From a bacterium (GTDB taxonomy: Bacteria > Sysuimicrobiota > Sysuimicrobiia > Sysuimicrobiales > Segetimicrobiaceae): a DNA stretch of 64,000 nt. The stretch is from positions 3,312 through 67,311 of the forward strand of contig DASSJF010000038.1 of NCBI GenBank assembly GCA_035691305.1, written 5' to 3'. The notes beneath the pieces are model-generated. The model worked only from the letters and a program-made list of their open reading frames with translations, searched no databases and had not been told where the DNA came from. Shown piece by piece: positions 19,117 through 29,800 of this stretch; position 1 is the first letter of the stretch; every line of letters starts with the position of its first letter. The translations under genes and the position numbers were made by a program.

Positions 19117-20057
19117 TCTTTGCGGACGTCCCGGTGTTTCAGGCGCACCGTGTAGCCGAGCGAGCGGATGAAGCGGGCGAGATCCTCGCCGATCACCACC
19201 GACCGGTGCTTGCCGCCGGTACATCCGATCGCGACGGTCAGGTGCGACTTGCCCTCGGCGGTGTACCGCGGCAGGAGGTAGCCCAGCAGATCGTGGAGGC
19301 GCCGCTGGAACTCGCGCGTGTCGTCCGAGCGCAGCACGTACTCGCGGACCTCCGGGCTGTTGCCCGGCAGCGCGCGGAGCGTCTCGACGTAGTGCGGGTT
19401 CGGCAGAAACCGCACGTCGAACACGAGGTCGGCGTCGAGCGGGATGCCGTACTTGTACCCAAACGACGTGACCCCGACGGTGAGCGTCCGCTGCGCGTCC
19501 GCCCGGACGAACGCCTCCGCCAGCTCCTCGCGCAGCTCGCGCGCGGTCAGCGTGGTCGTGTCGATGACCTTGTTGGCCCGTTCCTTGAGCGGCTGCAGGC
19601 GCCGGCGCTCGCTGCGAATCCCGTCGAGGATGCTGCTCCCGAGCGGGTGCTTGCGCCGGGTCTCCTCGAACCGCCGCACCAGCACCTCGTCGGACGCGTC
19701 CAGGAACACGATCTGAGCGCGGATGCCCATCCCCGCGAGCGCCTGGAGGGCCGCGTCGAGCGAGTCGAAGAACTCGCCGCCGCGCACGTCCATGACGAGG
19801 GCGACGCGCCGGATCCTGCCCTGCGACTCGCGGACGATCTCCGCGAACTTCGTCACGAGCGCGGGCGGCAGGTTGTCGACGCAGAAGAAGCCGAGATCCT
19901 CGAGCGCGTGCATGGCCTGGGACTTGCCGGCGCCGCTCAGTCCCGTGACGATGAGACACTCGATGTCGTCCGTGGCGGTCCGCGGAGCGACCCGGTCCGG
20001 CGCAGGGCCGCCGGCCGGGTCCCGGCCCTCCGCGGGCGCCGGCCGCAGCGATTTCAT
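19113..20057 (-). CDS. rapZ: RNase adapter / nucleotide-binding protein RapZ (YvcJ)
   Basis: ORF trimmed to ATG 20057 (ATGA overlap). Walker A GLSGAGKS, FCVDNLP, C-terminal GCTGGKHRSV motif. Confidence 0.9.
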   Translation of the reverse strand: MKSLRPAPAEGRDPAGGPAPDRVAPRTATDDIECLIVTGLSGAGKSQAMHALEDLGFFCVDNLPPALVTKFAEIVRESQGRIRRVALVMDVRGGEFFDSLDAALQALAGMGIRAQIVFLDASDEVLVRRFEETRRKHPLGSSILDGIRSERRRLQPLKERANKVIDTTTLTARELREELAEAFVRADAQRTLTVGVTSFGYKYGIPLDADLVFDVRFLPNPHYVETLRALPGNSPEVREYVLRSDDTREFQRRLHDLLGYLLPRYTAEGKSHLTVAIGCTGGKHRSVVIGEDLARFIRSLGYTVRLKHRDVRKE

Positions 20058-20395
20058 ACGTCCGCCACGAGGCGCGACAGAACGAAGCTGATCACGCTTA
20101 GAACGATGGCGCCGACGAAGGCCGCGAGCGCGCTCGTCAGGACGAGTTGATGCGTCGTGACCGCGACGATCCAGAGCATGAAGGCGTTGACGACGAAGGT
20201 GAAGAGGCCGAGCGTCAGAATGTTGAGCGGCAGCGTCAGCAGCAGGACGATCGGCCGCAGCACCGCGTTGACGACACCGAGCACCAGCGCGGCCAGCACG
20301 GTCCCGCCGAAACTGGTGACCTCGACGCCGGGCACGACCCGCGTCGTCAGGTAGAGCGCCACGGCGTTGATCAGCCAGCGGATCAGAAATCCCAT
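20054..20395 (-). CDS. DUF360 / holin superfamily IV-like small membrane protein (YvlD-like)
   Basis: 113 aa, 4 predicted TM helices, MGFLIRWLINAVALYLTTRVVPGVEV N-terminus characteristic of PF04020-type proteins. Confidence 0.75.
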   Translation of the reverse strand: MGFLIRWLINAVALYLTTRVVPGVEVTSFGGTVLAALVLGVVNAVLRPIVLLLTLPLNILTLGLFTFVVNAFMLWIVAVTTHQLVLTSALAAFVGAIVLSVISFVLSRLVADV

Positions 20396-20404
20396 ATTCC
20401 ATCC

Positions 20405-20413
20405 ATTATAACA
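20405..20413 (-). promoter_or_regulatory. extended -10 promoter element (TGTTATAAT) for the DUF360-rapZ-yvcK unit
   Basis: Minus strand reads TGT-TATAAT ending 9 nt before ATG 20395, which implies a near-leaderless mRNA. The same 9-mer precedes the tRNA-Arg gene. Confidence 0.4.
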
Positions 20414-20432
20414 GGCCCCGGCACCCTGCCCT

Positions 20433-20455
20433 CACGGCCCCGTTACGGGGCCGTG
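20433..20455 (-). terminator. GC-rich hairpin downstream of sucD
   Basis: Perfect 10-bp stem CACGGCCCCG-TTA-CGGGGCCGTG, 46 nt after the sucD stop. No U tract. Confidence 0.4.
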
Positions 20456-20500
20456 GCCGGAACCCGCGCGATGCACCGCCGGGCGGGCGCCGGCGCCAGG

Positions 20501-21367
20501 CTAGAGGCGGGCACGCACCAACGCGGGAACCTGGCTCACCAACTGCGCGACCCCCACACCGGCGGCTTCGAGCGCCGCGACCTTGTGCTGCGCGGTGCCC
20601 TCGGTGCCGGAGATGACCGCGCCGGCGTGCCCCATCCGCTTGCCCGGCGGAGCCGTGCGGCCGGCGATGTACGAGACGACGGGTTTCTTCAGCGACCGCG
20701 CGATGTAGCGCGCCGCGTCTTCCTCCGCGCTGCCCCCGATCTCACCGATCAGCACGACCGCCTTGGTCTCGGGATCGGCGCCGAACCACTCCAGCGCCTC
20801 GACGAACGACGTCCCGGCGACGGGATCACCGCCGAGCCCGACCGCCGTCGTTTGCCCGAGGCCGGCGCGCGTCAGGCCGGCGACGACCTCGTAGGTCAGC
20901 GTGCCGCTGCGCGAGACGACCCCTACGGGCCCCGGCGTAAACAGGTGCCACGGCATGATGCCGACCCGGCACTGACCGGCGGTCGTGACGCCCGGCCCGT
21001 TGGGCCCGAGGACGCGCACCCCCTGGCGGCGCGCGTAGGCAACGACGTCGATCGCGTCGTGCACCGGGAGGCCTTCGGTGATCGTAACGACGGGGTCGAG
21101 GCGCGACGCGATCGCCTCCAGCGCCGCCTCCCTCGCGAACCGCGCCGGCACGAAGATCACGCAGGCGTTGGCCCCGGTCTCCCGCACCGCTTCGTCGATC
21201 GTGTCGAAGACCGGGACGTCGTGGACCCGCTGCCCGCCCTTGCCGGGGGTGACACCGGCGACGACGGCCGTCCCCGCGTCGAGGCTCTGCTTGGCGTGGA
21301 ACGCGCCTTGGTACCCGGTGATCCCCTGGACGAGCAGCCGGGTCTCCCGGCCGACGAGGACGGCCAT
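20501..21367 (-). CDS. sucD: succinyl-CoA ligase [ADP-forming] alpha subunit
   Basis: Run-on ORF trimmed to ATG 21367 (TGATG junction with sucC). [24 protein letters not shown]...[10 protein letters not shown] (catalytic His loop). Confidence 0.95.
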   Translation of the reverse strand: MAVLVGRETRLLVQGITGYQGAFHAKQSLDAGTAVVAGVTPGKGGQRVHDVPVFDTIDEAVRETGANACVIFVPARFAREAALEAIASRLDPVVTITEGLPVHDAIDVVAYARRQGVRVLGPNGPGVTTAGQCRVGIMPWHLFTPGPVGVVSRSGTLTYEVVAGLTRAGLGQTTAVGLGGDPVAGTSFVEALEWFGADPETKAVVLIGEIGGSAEEDAARYIARSLKKPVVSYIAGRTAPPGKRMGHAGAVISGTEGTAQHKVAALEAAGVGVAQLVSQVPALVRARL

Positions 21368-22497
21368 CAGCCGCGGCCCGCCGCGCCGGAGGTCCCGCCG
21401 CGCGCCAGCGCCACCGCGGCGCGCGCGCCTTCTTCCGGATCGATGCCGACCGTGATGCCCGCCGCCTTGAGAATTTCGCGGGCCTCCACCTCGTTCGTGC
21501 CGGTGAGCCGGATGCTCGCCGGCACGCGCGGCGGCCGCGTCACGATGCCGCGTGCGATGTCGTCGCAGCGCGTGATCCCGCCGAAGATGTTGATGAACAG
21601 CGCGCGGACGCCGGGCTTGCGCTGCACGAGCTCGATCGCGGCCTGCATGCCCTCCTCGCTCGCGCCGCCGCCGACGTCGAGGAAGTTGGCCGCCCGGCCG
21701 CCGAAATGCGCCAGGAGATCGAGCGTGCTCATGACGAGGCCGGCGCCGTTCCCGATCACCGCGATGTCGCCGTCCAGTTCGACGTAGGAGAGGCCGTGCT
21801 CGCGCGCCTCGCGCTCGAGGGCCGTCATCTCCTCCGACGGCGGCCGGTCGTTGTGCCGGTAGGCCGCGTTGTCGTCGAGGACGAGTTTGGCATCCACGCA
21901 CAGCAGGTGGCCGCCGACGCGCGCGAGGGGATTGATCTCCGCGAGGTCCGCGTCTTCGTCCCGGTACAGCCGGTACAGCGTGGCCGCGATCCCGGTGAAC
22001 TCCTCGAGCAGCGGGCCGGTGAAGCCGAGCCGCCGCCCCAACCCCCGCGCGGCGAAGGCGGGCACGCCCAGGCACGGGTCCACGTCCAGGCGCGCGATCC
22101 TTTCCGGGGTCTCGCGCGCGACGGTCTCGATCTCGACGCCGCCCGACGCAGAGGCGATGCCCGCGGCCCGGCGCGGGCCGCGGTCGGTCACGAACGCGAG
22201 ATAGTACTCGGCCTCGATCTCCGCCGCCGGCACCACGAGGACGCGGCCGACGCGCTCGCCTTTGATGTCCATGCCGAGGATCGCCCGGGCGTGCGTCTCC
22301 GCCTCCGCGGGAACCTTGGCCAGCTTCACCCCGCCGGCCTTGCCCCGGCCGCCGACCAGCACCTGGGCCTTCACGACCACCGGGTATTGAATGGAGAGGC
22401 CGCGCACCGCCTCCGGCCGGTCGACGACGGTGCCCGTCTGGACGGGCAGACCGTAGCGCGCGAACACCTCTTTGGCCTGATACTCGTGCAGCTTCAT
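21367..22497 (-). CDS. sucC: succinyl-CoA ligase [ADP-forming] beta subunit
   Basis: 376 aa, [22 protein letters not shown]-grasp fold sequence. Confidence 0.95.
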   Translation of the reverse strand: MKLHEYQAKEVFARYGLPVQTGTVVDRPEAVRGLSIQYPVVVKAQVLVGGRGKAGGVKLAKVPAEAETHARAILGMDIKGERVGRVLVVPAAEIEAEYYLAFVTDRGPRRAAGIASASGGVEIETVARETPERIARLDVDPCLGVPAFAARGLGRRLGFTGPLLEEFTGIAATLYRLYRDEDADLAEINPLARVGGHLLCVDAKLVLDDNAAYRHNDRPPSEEMTALEREAREHGLSYVELDGDIAVIGNGAGLVMSTLDLLAHFGGRAANFLDVGGGASEEGMQAAIELVQRKPGVRALFINIFGGITRCDDIARGIVTRPPRVPASIRLTGTNEVEAREILKAAGITVGIDPEEGARAAVALARGGTSGAAGRG

Positions 22498-22516
22498 GAA
22501 ACGGCCGCCGGTCGGG

Positions 22517-23455
22517 CTACAGCTTCAGCAGGGCGACGTTCTCACGGATGCCGGCGACCGCGGCGTCGAACGCCTTCCGCTCGTCGGGCGCAAGCGGCGC
22601 CTCAAAGATCCGCTCGACGCCGCCGGCGCCCAGGACGACCGGCGTCCCCACGTAGAGATCGCGAACACCGTACTGGCCGGTGAGATGCGCGGAAACCGGC
22701 AGCACGCGCTTTCGGTCGAACAGGATCGCCTCGACCATCTGCGTGATGGCGGCGCCGGGCGCGAAGAACGCGCTGCCCGTCTTGAGCAGATTCACGATCT
22801 CCGCGCCGCCCTTGCGGGTCCTCTCCACGACCGCGGCGATCCGGTCGGGAGGCAGCCACTTTGCGAGCGGCAGGCCGCCGATCGTCGCCAGGCTGGCGAG
22901 CGGCACCATGTGGGTGTCGCTGTGCGCGCCCACGACCATCGCCGAAACATCCAGCACGGACACCCCGGCGGCTTCGGCGATGAACGTCCGGAACCGTGTG
23001 CTGTCCAGCGCGCCGCTCTGGCCGATGACGCGCTCCGGCGGGAAGCCGCTGACCTTGTAGGCAAGGTAGACCATCGCGTCGAGCGGGTTCGTGACGACGA
23101 TCAGGCACGCATCCGGGGACCGCTTCGTCAATTCCTGCGTGACGCCGCGGACGATGCCCGCGTTGACGTTGAGCAAATCCTCCCGGCTCATGCCCGGCTT
23201 GCGCGCGACGCCGGCGACAAGCACCATGACGTCGGAGCCCTCGGTCTCGTCGTACTTGTTGGTCCCGACGAGACGGAGGTCGAAGCCCTCGATCGGCCCG
23301 GCCTCGCTCAGGTCGAGCGCCTTGCCCTGCGGCATGCCCTCGATGACGTCGACGAGCACCACGTCGGCGAGGCGGCGCGAGACGATCCACTGGGCCGCGG
23401 AGTGCCCGACGTTGCCGGCGCCGACGATCGAGACTTTCGCGCGGGTGCGTGCCAC
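22517..23455 (-). CDS. mdh: malate dehydrogenase (LDH-like family)
   Basis: Run-on ORF trimmed to GTG 23455 (AAGGGGAG about 9 nt upstream). KVSIVGAGNVGHSAA Rossmann motif, ...VVTNPLDAM..., GAHSDTHMVP. Confidence 0.95.
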   Translation of the reverse strand: MARTRAKVSIVGAGNVGHSAAQWIVSRRLADVVLVDVIEGMPQGKALDLSEAGPIEGFDLRLVGTNKYDETEGSDVMVLVAGVARKPGMSREDLLNVNAGIVRGVTQELTKRSPDACLIVVTNPLDAMVYLAYKVSGFPPERVIGQSGALDSTRFRTFIAEAAGVSVLDVSAMVVGAHSDTHMVPLASLATIGGLPLAKWLPPDRIAAVVERTRKGGAEIVNLLKTGSAFFAPGAAITQMVEAILFDRKRVLPVSAHLTGQYGVRDLYVGTPVVLGAGGVERIFEAPLAPDERKAFDAAVAGIRENVALLKL

Positions 23456-23472
23456 CGTTGAAACTCCCCTTT

Positions 23473-24231
23473 CTACGTGCCGCGGGGCTCCTTGCGGCCG
23501 CCGAAGGCCCGGAGCAGGGCGCGCCACGGGTCGAAGTGATCGTCCGCGGTGCGCTCCTTCAGCGGGATGATCGCGTTGTCCGTGATGTGGATGCTTTCCG
23601 GGCAGACCTCTTCGCAGCACTTCGTGATGTTGCAGTACCCGATGCCGCCCTTGCCCGCGAGCAGGTCGGTCCGGGTCAGCGTGTCTTTCGGATGCATCTC
23701 GAGGGCGGCGATGCGCACCATGAACCGCGGGCCGTAGTAGCGATCCGTGCCGTGATGCTCGCGCAGGACGTGACAGACGTCCTGGCACAGGAAGCACTCG
23801 ATGCACTTCCGGAACTCGAACAGCCGCTCCACGTCGAGCGGCGTCATGCGCCACTCCTTCGAACGCGCGTCCTCGGCCGAAGGCGTGAACGGCGGGATCT
23901 CCTTGTTCACGCGGTAGTTCCACGAGACGTCGGTGACGAGGTCCTTGAGGAGCGGAAACACCTTGATCGGCCGCACCGTGATCGGCGCGCCGTGAAAGTC
24001 GTCCACGCGGGTCTTGCACATGAGCCGCGGCTTGCCGTTGATCTCGGCGCTGCAGGAGCCGCATTTGGCCGCCTTGCAGTTCCACCGGCAGGCCAACGTC
24101 GAGTCGAAATGCGCCTGAATGTGATGCATCGCGTCGAGGACGACCATGCCCTCCATCGGCGGCACGGCGTACTCCTTGAGGTCGCCGCCTTTCGCGTCGC
24201 CCCGGAAGACGTGGAAGATCTGATCGGCCAT
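23473..24231 (-). CDS. sdhB: succinate dehydrogenase/fumarate reductase iron-sulfur subunit
   Basis: Trimmed to ATG 24231. Cys clusters CRWNCKAAKCGSC, CIECFLCQDVC and CNITKCCEEVCP. Confidence 0.95.
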   Translation of the reverse strand: MADQIFHVFRGDAKGGDLKEYAVPPMEGMVVLDAMHHIQAHFDSTLACRWNCKAAKCGSCSAEINGKPRLMCKTRVDDFHGAPITVRPIKVFPLLKDLVTDVSWNYRVNKEIPPFTPSAEDARSKEWRMTPLDVERLFEFRKCIECFLCQDVCHVLREHHGTDRYYGPRFMVRIAALEMHPKDTLTRTDLLAGKGGIGYCNITKCCEEVCPESIHITDNAIIPLKERTADDHFDPWRALLRAFGGRKEPRGT

Positions 24232-24245
24232 CGCGCTTCGCTCTC

Positions 24246-25985
24246 CTACCGCACAGACTTGACGACGGTCTGGCCCTGCACGAGCTTCGCGAGCTCGGGC
24301 GGCATCTGCGGCACCGGCCGCGTTCGTACCGCCATCCGGCCGTTCTCCTTGACGGCGATCATGTTCTTCTGGCCCCAGTCCGCGTTCTGGTCGGGAAAGT
24401 CGAGCCGCCAATGCGAGCCGCGGCTCTCCCGGCGTTCGATCGCGCAGCGGAAGATCGCCTCCGCGAGCGTCAGCATGAACCGGACGTCGCGGCATTCGTG
24501 CCAGCCGGGGTTGAACAGCATCGACCCGCCGACGTGCAGCCGCTCCGCGCGCGCCTGGAGCGCGAGCAGCTTGTCGAGCCCCTGTTGCAGCCCCTCGCCC
24601 GTCCGCGCGATGCCGGCGTGTTCCGCCATGATCGCCTGGAGGCCCTCGTGAACGGCGTACGGGTTCTCGCTGCCGTCGCCCTCGAACGGCCGGCGGAGCA
24701 GGGTCCGCTCCTCGTCCGCCTGCGCGTCGTCGACGCGCGGCATCCCGGACACGCCTTTCACGTACTGCGCGGCGTGCTCGCCGGCGCGCTTGCCGAAGAC
24801 GATCAGATCGCTCAGGGAGTTGCCGCCGAGCCGGTTCGCACCGTGGAGGCCCGCCGCGACCTCGCCGGCCGCGAAGAGCCCGGGAACCGTCGACTGGCCG
24901 GTGCCCGCCTCGACCCGCACGCCGCCCATCACGTAATGGATGGTGGGCGCCACTTCCATCGGCGACTTTGTGATGTCGATGTCGGCCAGCTTGTGGAACT
25001 GCTCCCACATGCTCGGCAGCTTCCGTTTGATGGCCTCCGCGTCGAGGTGCGTGATCTCGAGCCAGGCACCGCCGTGCGGCGTCCCGCGGCCCGCCTGGAC
25101 CTCCTTGTAGATCGACCGCGCAACCACGTCGCGGCTGCTGAGGTCCTTCTTCACGGGATCGTAGCGCTCCATGAAGCGCTCGCCCTCGGAGTTGCGGAGG
25201 ATCCCGCCCTCGCCGCGCACCGCCTCCGTGACCAGAATCCCTTTCACCCCGGGCGGCCACACCATCCCGGTCGGGTGGAACTGGACCATCTCCATGTCCA
25301 TGAGCTCGGCGCCGGCCTCGTAGGCCATCGCGCAGCCGTCGCCGGTGCACTCCCAGGAGTTGCTGGTCACCTTGTACAGCTTGCCCCAACCGCCGGTCGC
25401 GAGCACGACCGCCTTCGCGCGGAACACGACGAACCGTCCGGTCTCGCGGACGTACCCGAACGCCCCGGCGATGCGGTCGCCGTCCTTGAGGAGGCGGGTG
25501 AGCGTCACTTCCATGTGCACGTCGATGCCGCAGTGGATCGCCTTATCCTGGAGCGTGCGGATCATCTCCAGGCCGGTCCGGTCGCCTACGTGGCACAAGC
25601 GGCGGTAGGTGTGGGCACCGAACGGCCGCTGAAGAATGCGGCCGTCCGGCGTGCGGTCGAAGAGACCGCCCCAGTGCTCCAACTCGTAGACGCGCTCGGG
25701 CGCCTCTTTGGCGAAAAACTCCACCATGCGATAGTCGTTGATCATCTGCCCGCCGCGCATGGTGTCGCCGAAGTGCACTTCCCAGTTGTCCTGTGAGTCG
25801 ACGTTGCCGAGCGCCGCCGCGATGCCGCCTTCGGCCATGACCGTGTGGGCTTTTCCGAGGAGCGACTTGCACACGAGTCCGACCGACACGCCGCCATCGG
25901 CGGCCGCGATCGCGGCGCGCAGGCCGGCGCCGCCCGCACCGACGATCAGAACGTCGTACTGGCGCTCGTCGTACCAATCAGCCAC
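24246..25985 (-). CDS. sdhA: succinate dehydrogenase/fumarate reductase flavoprotein subunit
   Basis: Trimmed to GTG 25985 (GAGGGGAG 8 nt upstream). YDVLIVGAGGAGLRAA FAD motif, HTVMAEGG covalent-FAD His region. 579 aa. Confidence 0.95.
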   Translation of the reverse strand: MADWYDERQYDVLIVGAGGAGLRAAIAAADGGVSVGLVCKSLLGKAHTVMAEGGIAAALGNVDSQDNWEVHFGDTMRGGQMINDYRMVEFFAKEAPERVYELEHWGGLFDRTPDGRILQRPFGAHTYRRLCHVGDRTGLEMIRTLQDKAIHCGIDVHMEVTLTRLLKDGDRIAGAFGYVRETGRFVVFRAKAVVLATGGWGKLYKVTSNSWECTGDGCAMAYEAGAELMDMEMVQFHPTGMVWPPGVKGILVTEAVRGEGGILRNSEGERFMERYDPVKKDLSSRDVVARSIYKEVQAGRGTPHGGAWLEITHLDAEAIKRKLPSMWEQFHKLADIDITKSPMEVAPTIHYVMGGVRVEAGTGQSTVPGLFAAGEVAAGLHGANRLGGNSLSDLIVFGKRAGEHAAQYVKGVSGMPRVDDAQADEERTLLRRPFEGDGSENPYAVHEGLQAIMAEHAGIARTGEGLQQGLDKLLALQARAERLHVGGSMLFNPGWHECRDVRFMLTLAEAIFRCAIERRESRGSHWRLDFPDQNADWGQKNMIAVKENGRMAVRTRPVPQMPPELAKLVQGQTVVKSVR

Positions 25986-26035
25986 GAGACCGTCTCCCCT
26001 CACGCCCGCCTGCGGGCGCTCGACCCGCCGGTTTC

Positions 26036-26773
26036 CTAGAACAGCTTCGGGTCGCCGATTATCCCCGCGCCCAACAACCTGATGAACACGTCCGCGAGTC
26101 CGACGGAGAACAGGCTCAGCCAGGCCCACGCGGCGTGGTGGACCGTGAGCCGGCTGACCCCCTGCCGCAGGCGCGCCCGGAGCAGGCCGCCCCGCGCGCA
26201 GGAGAAGCAGTCGAGATTCCCGCCGACAAGGTGCCGGCACGCGTGGCACCCGAACGTATAGCCGGAGAGCAGAATCACGTTCACGAGGAACAACAGCGAG
26301 CCGAAGTGGACCGTGAACACGCCGTTTTGGAAGAACGTATCGATCGCGTCCTTCCAGAGAAAGAGCAGCACGATGATCGCCGCGTAGAGAAAGTACCGGT
26401 GGAAGTTGCTGAGGACGAACGGGAACCGCGTCTCGCCCGTGTAGCCGCCGCGCCGCTCCGGGATCATGCACGAGACCGGGTCCATGAAGTACGAGCGGTA
26501 GTACGCCTTGCGGTAGTAGTAGCACGTCGCGCGGAATCCGAGCGGCGCCCACAGCACCCAAAACGCGGGTGAGATCGGAATCCCGTTGATCCGCACCGGC
26601 GGCGAGTAGAACGGCGACAGGTAGGGAGCGACGTAGCCGTGTCCCTGCAGCGCGACCCAGATCGAATAGACGCCGAAGGCCGTCAGCACGGTGACGGTCG
26701 CCGCCGGCTGCAACCACCACGGAATCGCGGGAGCAGACGAACCGTGCGGATTGCGGAGTGCCTGATCGCTCAT
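26036..26773 (-). CDS. sdhC: succinate dehydrogenase membrane anchor / cytochrome b subunit (single large subunit type)
   Basis: 245 aa, about 5 TM helices with conserved His residues. First gene directly upstream of sdhA-sdhB. Call rests on position and topology. Confidence 0.75.
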   Translation of the reverse strand: MSDQALRNPHGSSAPAIPWWLQPAATVTVLTAFGVYSIWVALQGHGYVAPYLSPFYSPPVRINGIPISPAFWVLWAPLGFRATCYYYRKAYYRSYFMDPVSCMIPERRGGYTGETRFPFVLSNFHRYFLYAAIIVLLFLWKDAIDTFFQNGVFTVHFGSLLFLVNVILLSGYTFGCHACRHLVGGNLDCFSCARGGLLRARLRQGVSRLTVHHAAWAWLSLFSVGLADVFIRLLGAGIIGDPKLF

Positions 26774-26904
26774 GGGAACCTTCCGGTTTGGTCGACTGGG
26801 CGATTCAAGGGACGCTGCTCGACTTTTCGGGTCACACGAAGGGGTTTCCTCCCCCGCGGCATACTATACGCGCGGGCCCGCTCGTCTTAGCGTGGAGGAC
26901 GACT

Positions 26905-27756
26905 TTGAACTTCAGCGACATCCTCTGGATCCTGTTCGCCATCTCGTTCATTCAGCCGATCCTCCAGCGCCAGTGGCAGCAGGTCGCGCGCATCCGCGCG
27001 CTGCAGGGCCTCGAGCGATCGCGCGGGACCCGCGCGATCGCGCTGATCCACCGGCAGGAAACGATCAGCCTCCTCGGCATCCCGCTCGCCCGCTACATCG
27101 ACATTCAGGACTCCGAGGACGTGCTGCGCGCGATCCGCCTCACGCCGCCGGACCTGCCGATCGACGTGATCATGCACACGCCCGGCGGCCTGGTGCTGGC
27201 GGCGGAGCAGATCGCCCGCGCGCTGCGCAGCCACGAAGGCCGCGTCACCGTCTTCGTGCCGCACTACGCGATGTCCGGTGGGACACTGATCGCGCTGGCC
27301 GCGGACGAGATCGTCATGGACGCGCACGCGGTGCTGGGCCCGGTCGATCCGCAGCTCGGCCAGTACCCGGCCGCGTCGATCGTCGGCGTCGTGGAGCGCA
27401 AGCCGATCGAGCGGGTGGACGACGACACGCTCATTCTCGCGGACGTCGCGAAGAAGGCGCTGCGCCAGGTCCACGCCGCGGTCGTGGAGCTCGCGGCGCG
27501 GCGCCTCTCGCCCGAGCAGGCGAACGCCCTGGCGGACCAGCTCGCGACCGGCCAGTGGACGCACGACTACCCGATCACGGTCGACGAAGCGCGGGGGCTC
27601 GGCTTCACCGTTTCCACGGAGATGCCGCGCGGCGTGTACGAACTGATGGAGCTGTACCCGCAGGCCGGCAACCGGCGGCCGTCCGTACAGTACGTGCCGC
27701 TGCCGTACCGTGGCCCCGCCGCCCCGCCGCTGCCGCGAGGCGGCGAGCGCAAGTAG
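26905..27756 (+). CDS. SDH-family ClpP-fold serine protease (PF01972-like, membrane anchored)
   Basis: TTG 26905 with GGAGG 6 nt upstream. N-terminal helix [24 protein letters not shown], then [19 protein letters not shown]...[18 protein letters not shown] (Ser nucleophile context). Confidence 0.75.
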   Translation: MNFSDILWILFAISFIQPILQRQWQQVARIRALQGLERSRGTRAIALIHRQETISLLGIPLARYIDIQDSEDVLRAIRLTPPDLPIDVIMHTPGGLVLAAEQIARALRSHEGRVTVFVPHYAMSGGTLIALAADEIVMDAHAVLGPVDPQLGQYPAASIVGVVERKPIERVDDDTLILADVAKKALRQVHAAVVELAARRLSPEQANALADQLATGQWTHDYPITVDEARGLGFTVSTEMPRGVYELMELYPQAGNRRPSVQYVPLPYRGPAAPPLPRGGERK

Positions 27757-27775
27757 CGGAGGCACAGGAGAACCG

Positions 27776-28990
27776 ATGGCCAGGATCAAGGTGAAAAATC
27801 CGATCGTGGAGATGGACGGCGACGAGATGACGCGGATCATGTGGCACTGGATCCGCGAGCGGCTCATCCTGCCCTACCTCGACCTCGACCTAAAGTACTA
27901 CGATCTCTCGATCCAGAAACGCGACGAGACCGAGGACCGCATCACGGTCGACGCCGCGAACGCGGTGCGCGAGTACGGCGTCGGCGTAAAGTGCGCCACG
28001 ATCACCCCGGACGAGGCGCGCGTCAAAGAGTTCACGCTCAAACAGATGTGGCGCAGCCCGAACGGCACCATCCGCAACATCCTCGACGGCACGATCTTCC
28101 GCGAGCCGATCATCTGCCGCAACGTGCCGCGAATCGTCCCGCAGTGGGACAAGCCGGTCGTGGTGGCCCGCCACGGCTTCGGCGACCAGTACCGGGCGCA
28201 AGATTTCCGGTTTCCGGGTCCGGGCACGCTCACGGTGTCGTGGACGCCCGCGGCCGGCGCGGCGCCGATCGCACGCGAGATCATCAAAGCCGACGGGCCC
28301 GGCGTCGTGCTCGGCATGTTCAACCTCGACAGCTCGATCCGCGGCTTCGCGCACGCGTGCTTCAACTACGCGCTCGACCGCGGGTACCCGGTGTATCTCT
28401 CGACCAAGAACACGATCCTCAAGGCGTACGACGGCCGGTTCAAGGACATCTTCCAGGAGGTCTTCGACGCGGAGTTCCGCGCAAGATTCGAGGCCGCGGG
28501 GCTCACCTACGAGCACCGGCTCATCGACGACATGGTCGCCGCGAGCCTCAAGTGGACCGGCGGGTACCTGTGGGCATGCAAGAACTACGACGGCGACGTG
28601 CAGTCGGACACGGTGGCACAAGGCTACGGTTCGCTTGGGCTGATGACGTCGGTCCTCACCTCGCCGGACGGCAAGGCCGTGGAAGCGGAAGCGGCCCACG
28701 GCACGGTCACGCGACACTACCGGTTGCACCAGCAGGGCAAGCCGACGTCGACGAACCCGATCGCGTCGATCTACGCGTGGACCCGCGGGCTGCAGTACCG
28801 CGGCCGGATGGACGAGACGCCGGCCGTAATGGACTTCGCGCTGTCGCTGGAACGCGTGTGCGTCGAAACGGTCGAGAGCGGCAAGATGACGAAAGATCTG
28901 GCGATCCTGATCGGCCCGAACGAGCCGTTTCTGACAACCGAGGCCTTCATGGACGAAATCGACAAGGGGCTCAAGCGCCGCGTCGTCTGA
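27776..28990 (+). CDS. icd: NADP-dependent isocitrate dehydrogenase (eukaryote-like IDH1/2 type)
   Basis: Trimmed to ATG 27776 (AGGAG SD). [23 protein letters not shown]...[10 protein letters not shown]...NYDGDVQSD. 404 aa. Confidence 0.95.
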   Translation: MARIKVKNPIVEMDGDEMTRIMWHWIRERLILPYLDLDLKYYDLSIQKRDETEDRITVDAANAVREYGVGVKCATITPDEARVKEFTLKQMWRSPNGTIRNILDGTIFREPIICRNVPRIVPQWDKPVVVARHGFGDQYRAQDFRFPGPGTLTVSWTPAAGAAPIAREIIKADGPGVVLGMFNLDSSIRGFAHACFNYALDRGYPVYLSTKNTILKAYDGRFKDIFQEVFDAEFRARFEAAGLTYEHRLIDDMVAASLKWTGGYLWACKNYDGDVQSDTVAQGYGSLGLMTSVLTSPDGKAVEAEAAHGTVTRHYRLHQQGKPTSTNPIASIYAWTRGLQYRGRMDETPAVMDFALSLERVCVETVESGKMTKDLAILIGPNEPFLTTEAFMDEIDKGLKRRVV

Positions 28991-29800
28991 TCACCCCTCG
29001 AGCAGAGAGCGCAGGCGGGGAAGTTCCCGGCGCACCGCGTCGGGGTCGGTCCCGTGATATTCGAAGGTGACGGCCGCCGGCTGGGCCGCGTCGAGCACCG
29101 TTCGCAGCAGCCGGTCGTCCTCGGCGCTCAAGGGCTCGTGTTCATCGAGCAGCACGCCGTCGCGCATCCGCGGCCCGCTGACGTGTACGGCGCGGACCCG
29201 CCCGAGCGGCAGCCGCGCCAGGTACTCATCGATGGGCAATGACAGCCGGGCGGCGGCGACGCGGGCGTGCGCGAGGTCGAGCAGAAACCCCGTGCCGGCC
29301 GCCTCGAGTACGTCCGTGATGAACCCGGGTTCGGATATGTATTCGTAGGCGCCCGAGGGCCAGTAATCCAGGTTCTCGAACAAGAGCGGGACCGGCAGGG
29401 CGGCCGCGAGCGCCCGGGCGTTCCGGGCGATCGCGGCCTGCGCGGCCTCTCGCGGGAGCACAGGGGAGCGCGGCACCATCATCGGCCCGTCCGCGGCGAC
29501 CCGCGTCGACGCGAACCCGAGATGCACGCTGAGCCACGGCGCCGCGGTCCGGTCGAGAATTTCACGGGTCGCGGACAACACGCCCGGCTCGTCAAGCGCG
29601 CGCGGATGCGCGAGCGACCAATTCCATACCGCGTTGTGCACGAACAGCCGCGCCCCCGAACCCGCGGCGGTGGCCGCCCGCGGGCCGCCGGTCTCGAGAA
29701 AGTCCACGCGGACAGCCGCGCCGGCGATCAACCGCCGTGCGAGATCGGTATCGCCGAGACCCAGCAGCGTGGGCACCGTACCTACCGTGTTTGCCGCCAC
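28991..29800 (-). CDS. DUF692-like (UPF0276-related) TIM-barrel protein, divergent
   Basis: Segment series WLSVHLGF, LFENLDYWP, GFLLDLAHARV, RVRAVHVSGP and LDEHEPL parallels DUF692 blocks (SeHL, ENxxxY, LLDxNN, IHLAGH, DTHxxP). Recognised by eye only. Confidence 0.5.
   Translation of the reverse strand: MAANTVGTVPTLLGLGDTDLARRLIAGAAVRVDFLETGGPRAATAAGSGARLFVHNAVWNWSLAHPRALDEPGVLSATREILDRTAAPWLSVHLGFASTRVAADGPMMVPRSPVLPREAAQAAIARNARALAAALPVPLLFENLDYWPSGAYEYISEPGFITDVLEAAGTGFLLDLAHARVAAARLSLPIDEYLARLPLGRVRAVHVSGPRMRDGVLLDEHEPLSAEDDRLLRTVLDAAQPAAVTFEYHGTDPDAVRRELPRLRSLLEG

Noticed and set aside
28985-28996. Convergent icd and DUF692-like genes with abutting stop codons (TGA immediately followed by the TCA complement) as a special element
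   Set aside because: This is simply tight packing. There is no room for any structure, and nothing beyond the two stop codons is encoded there.
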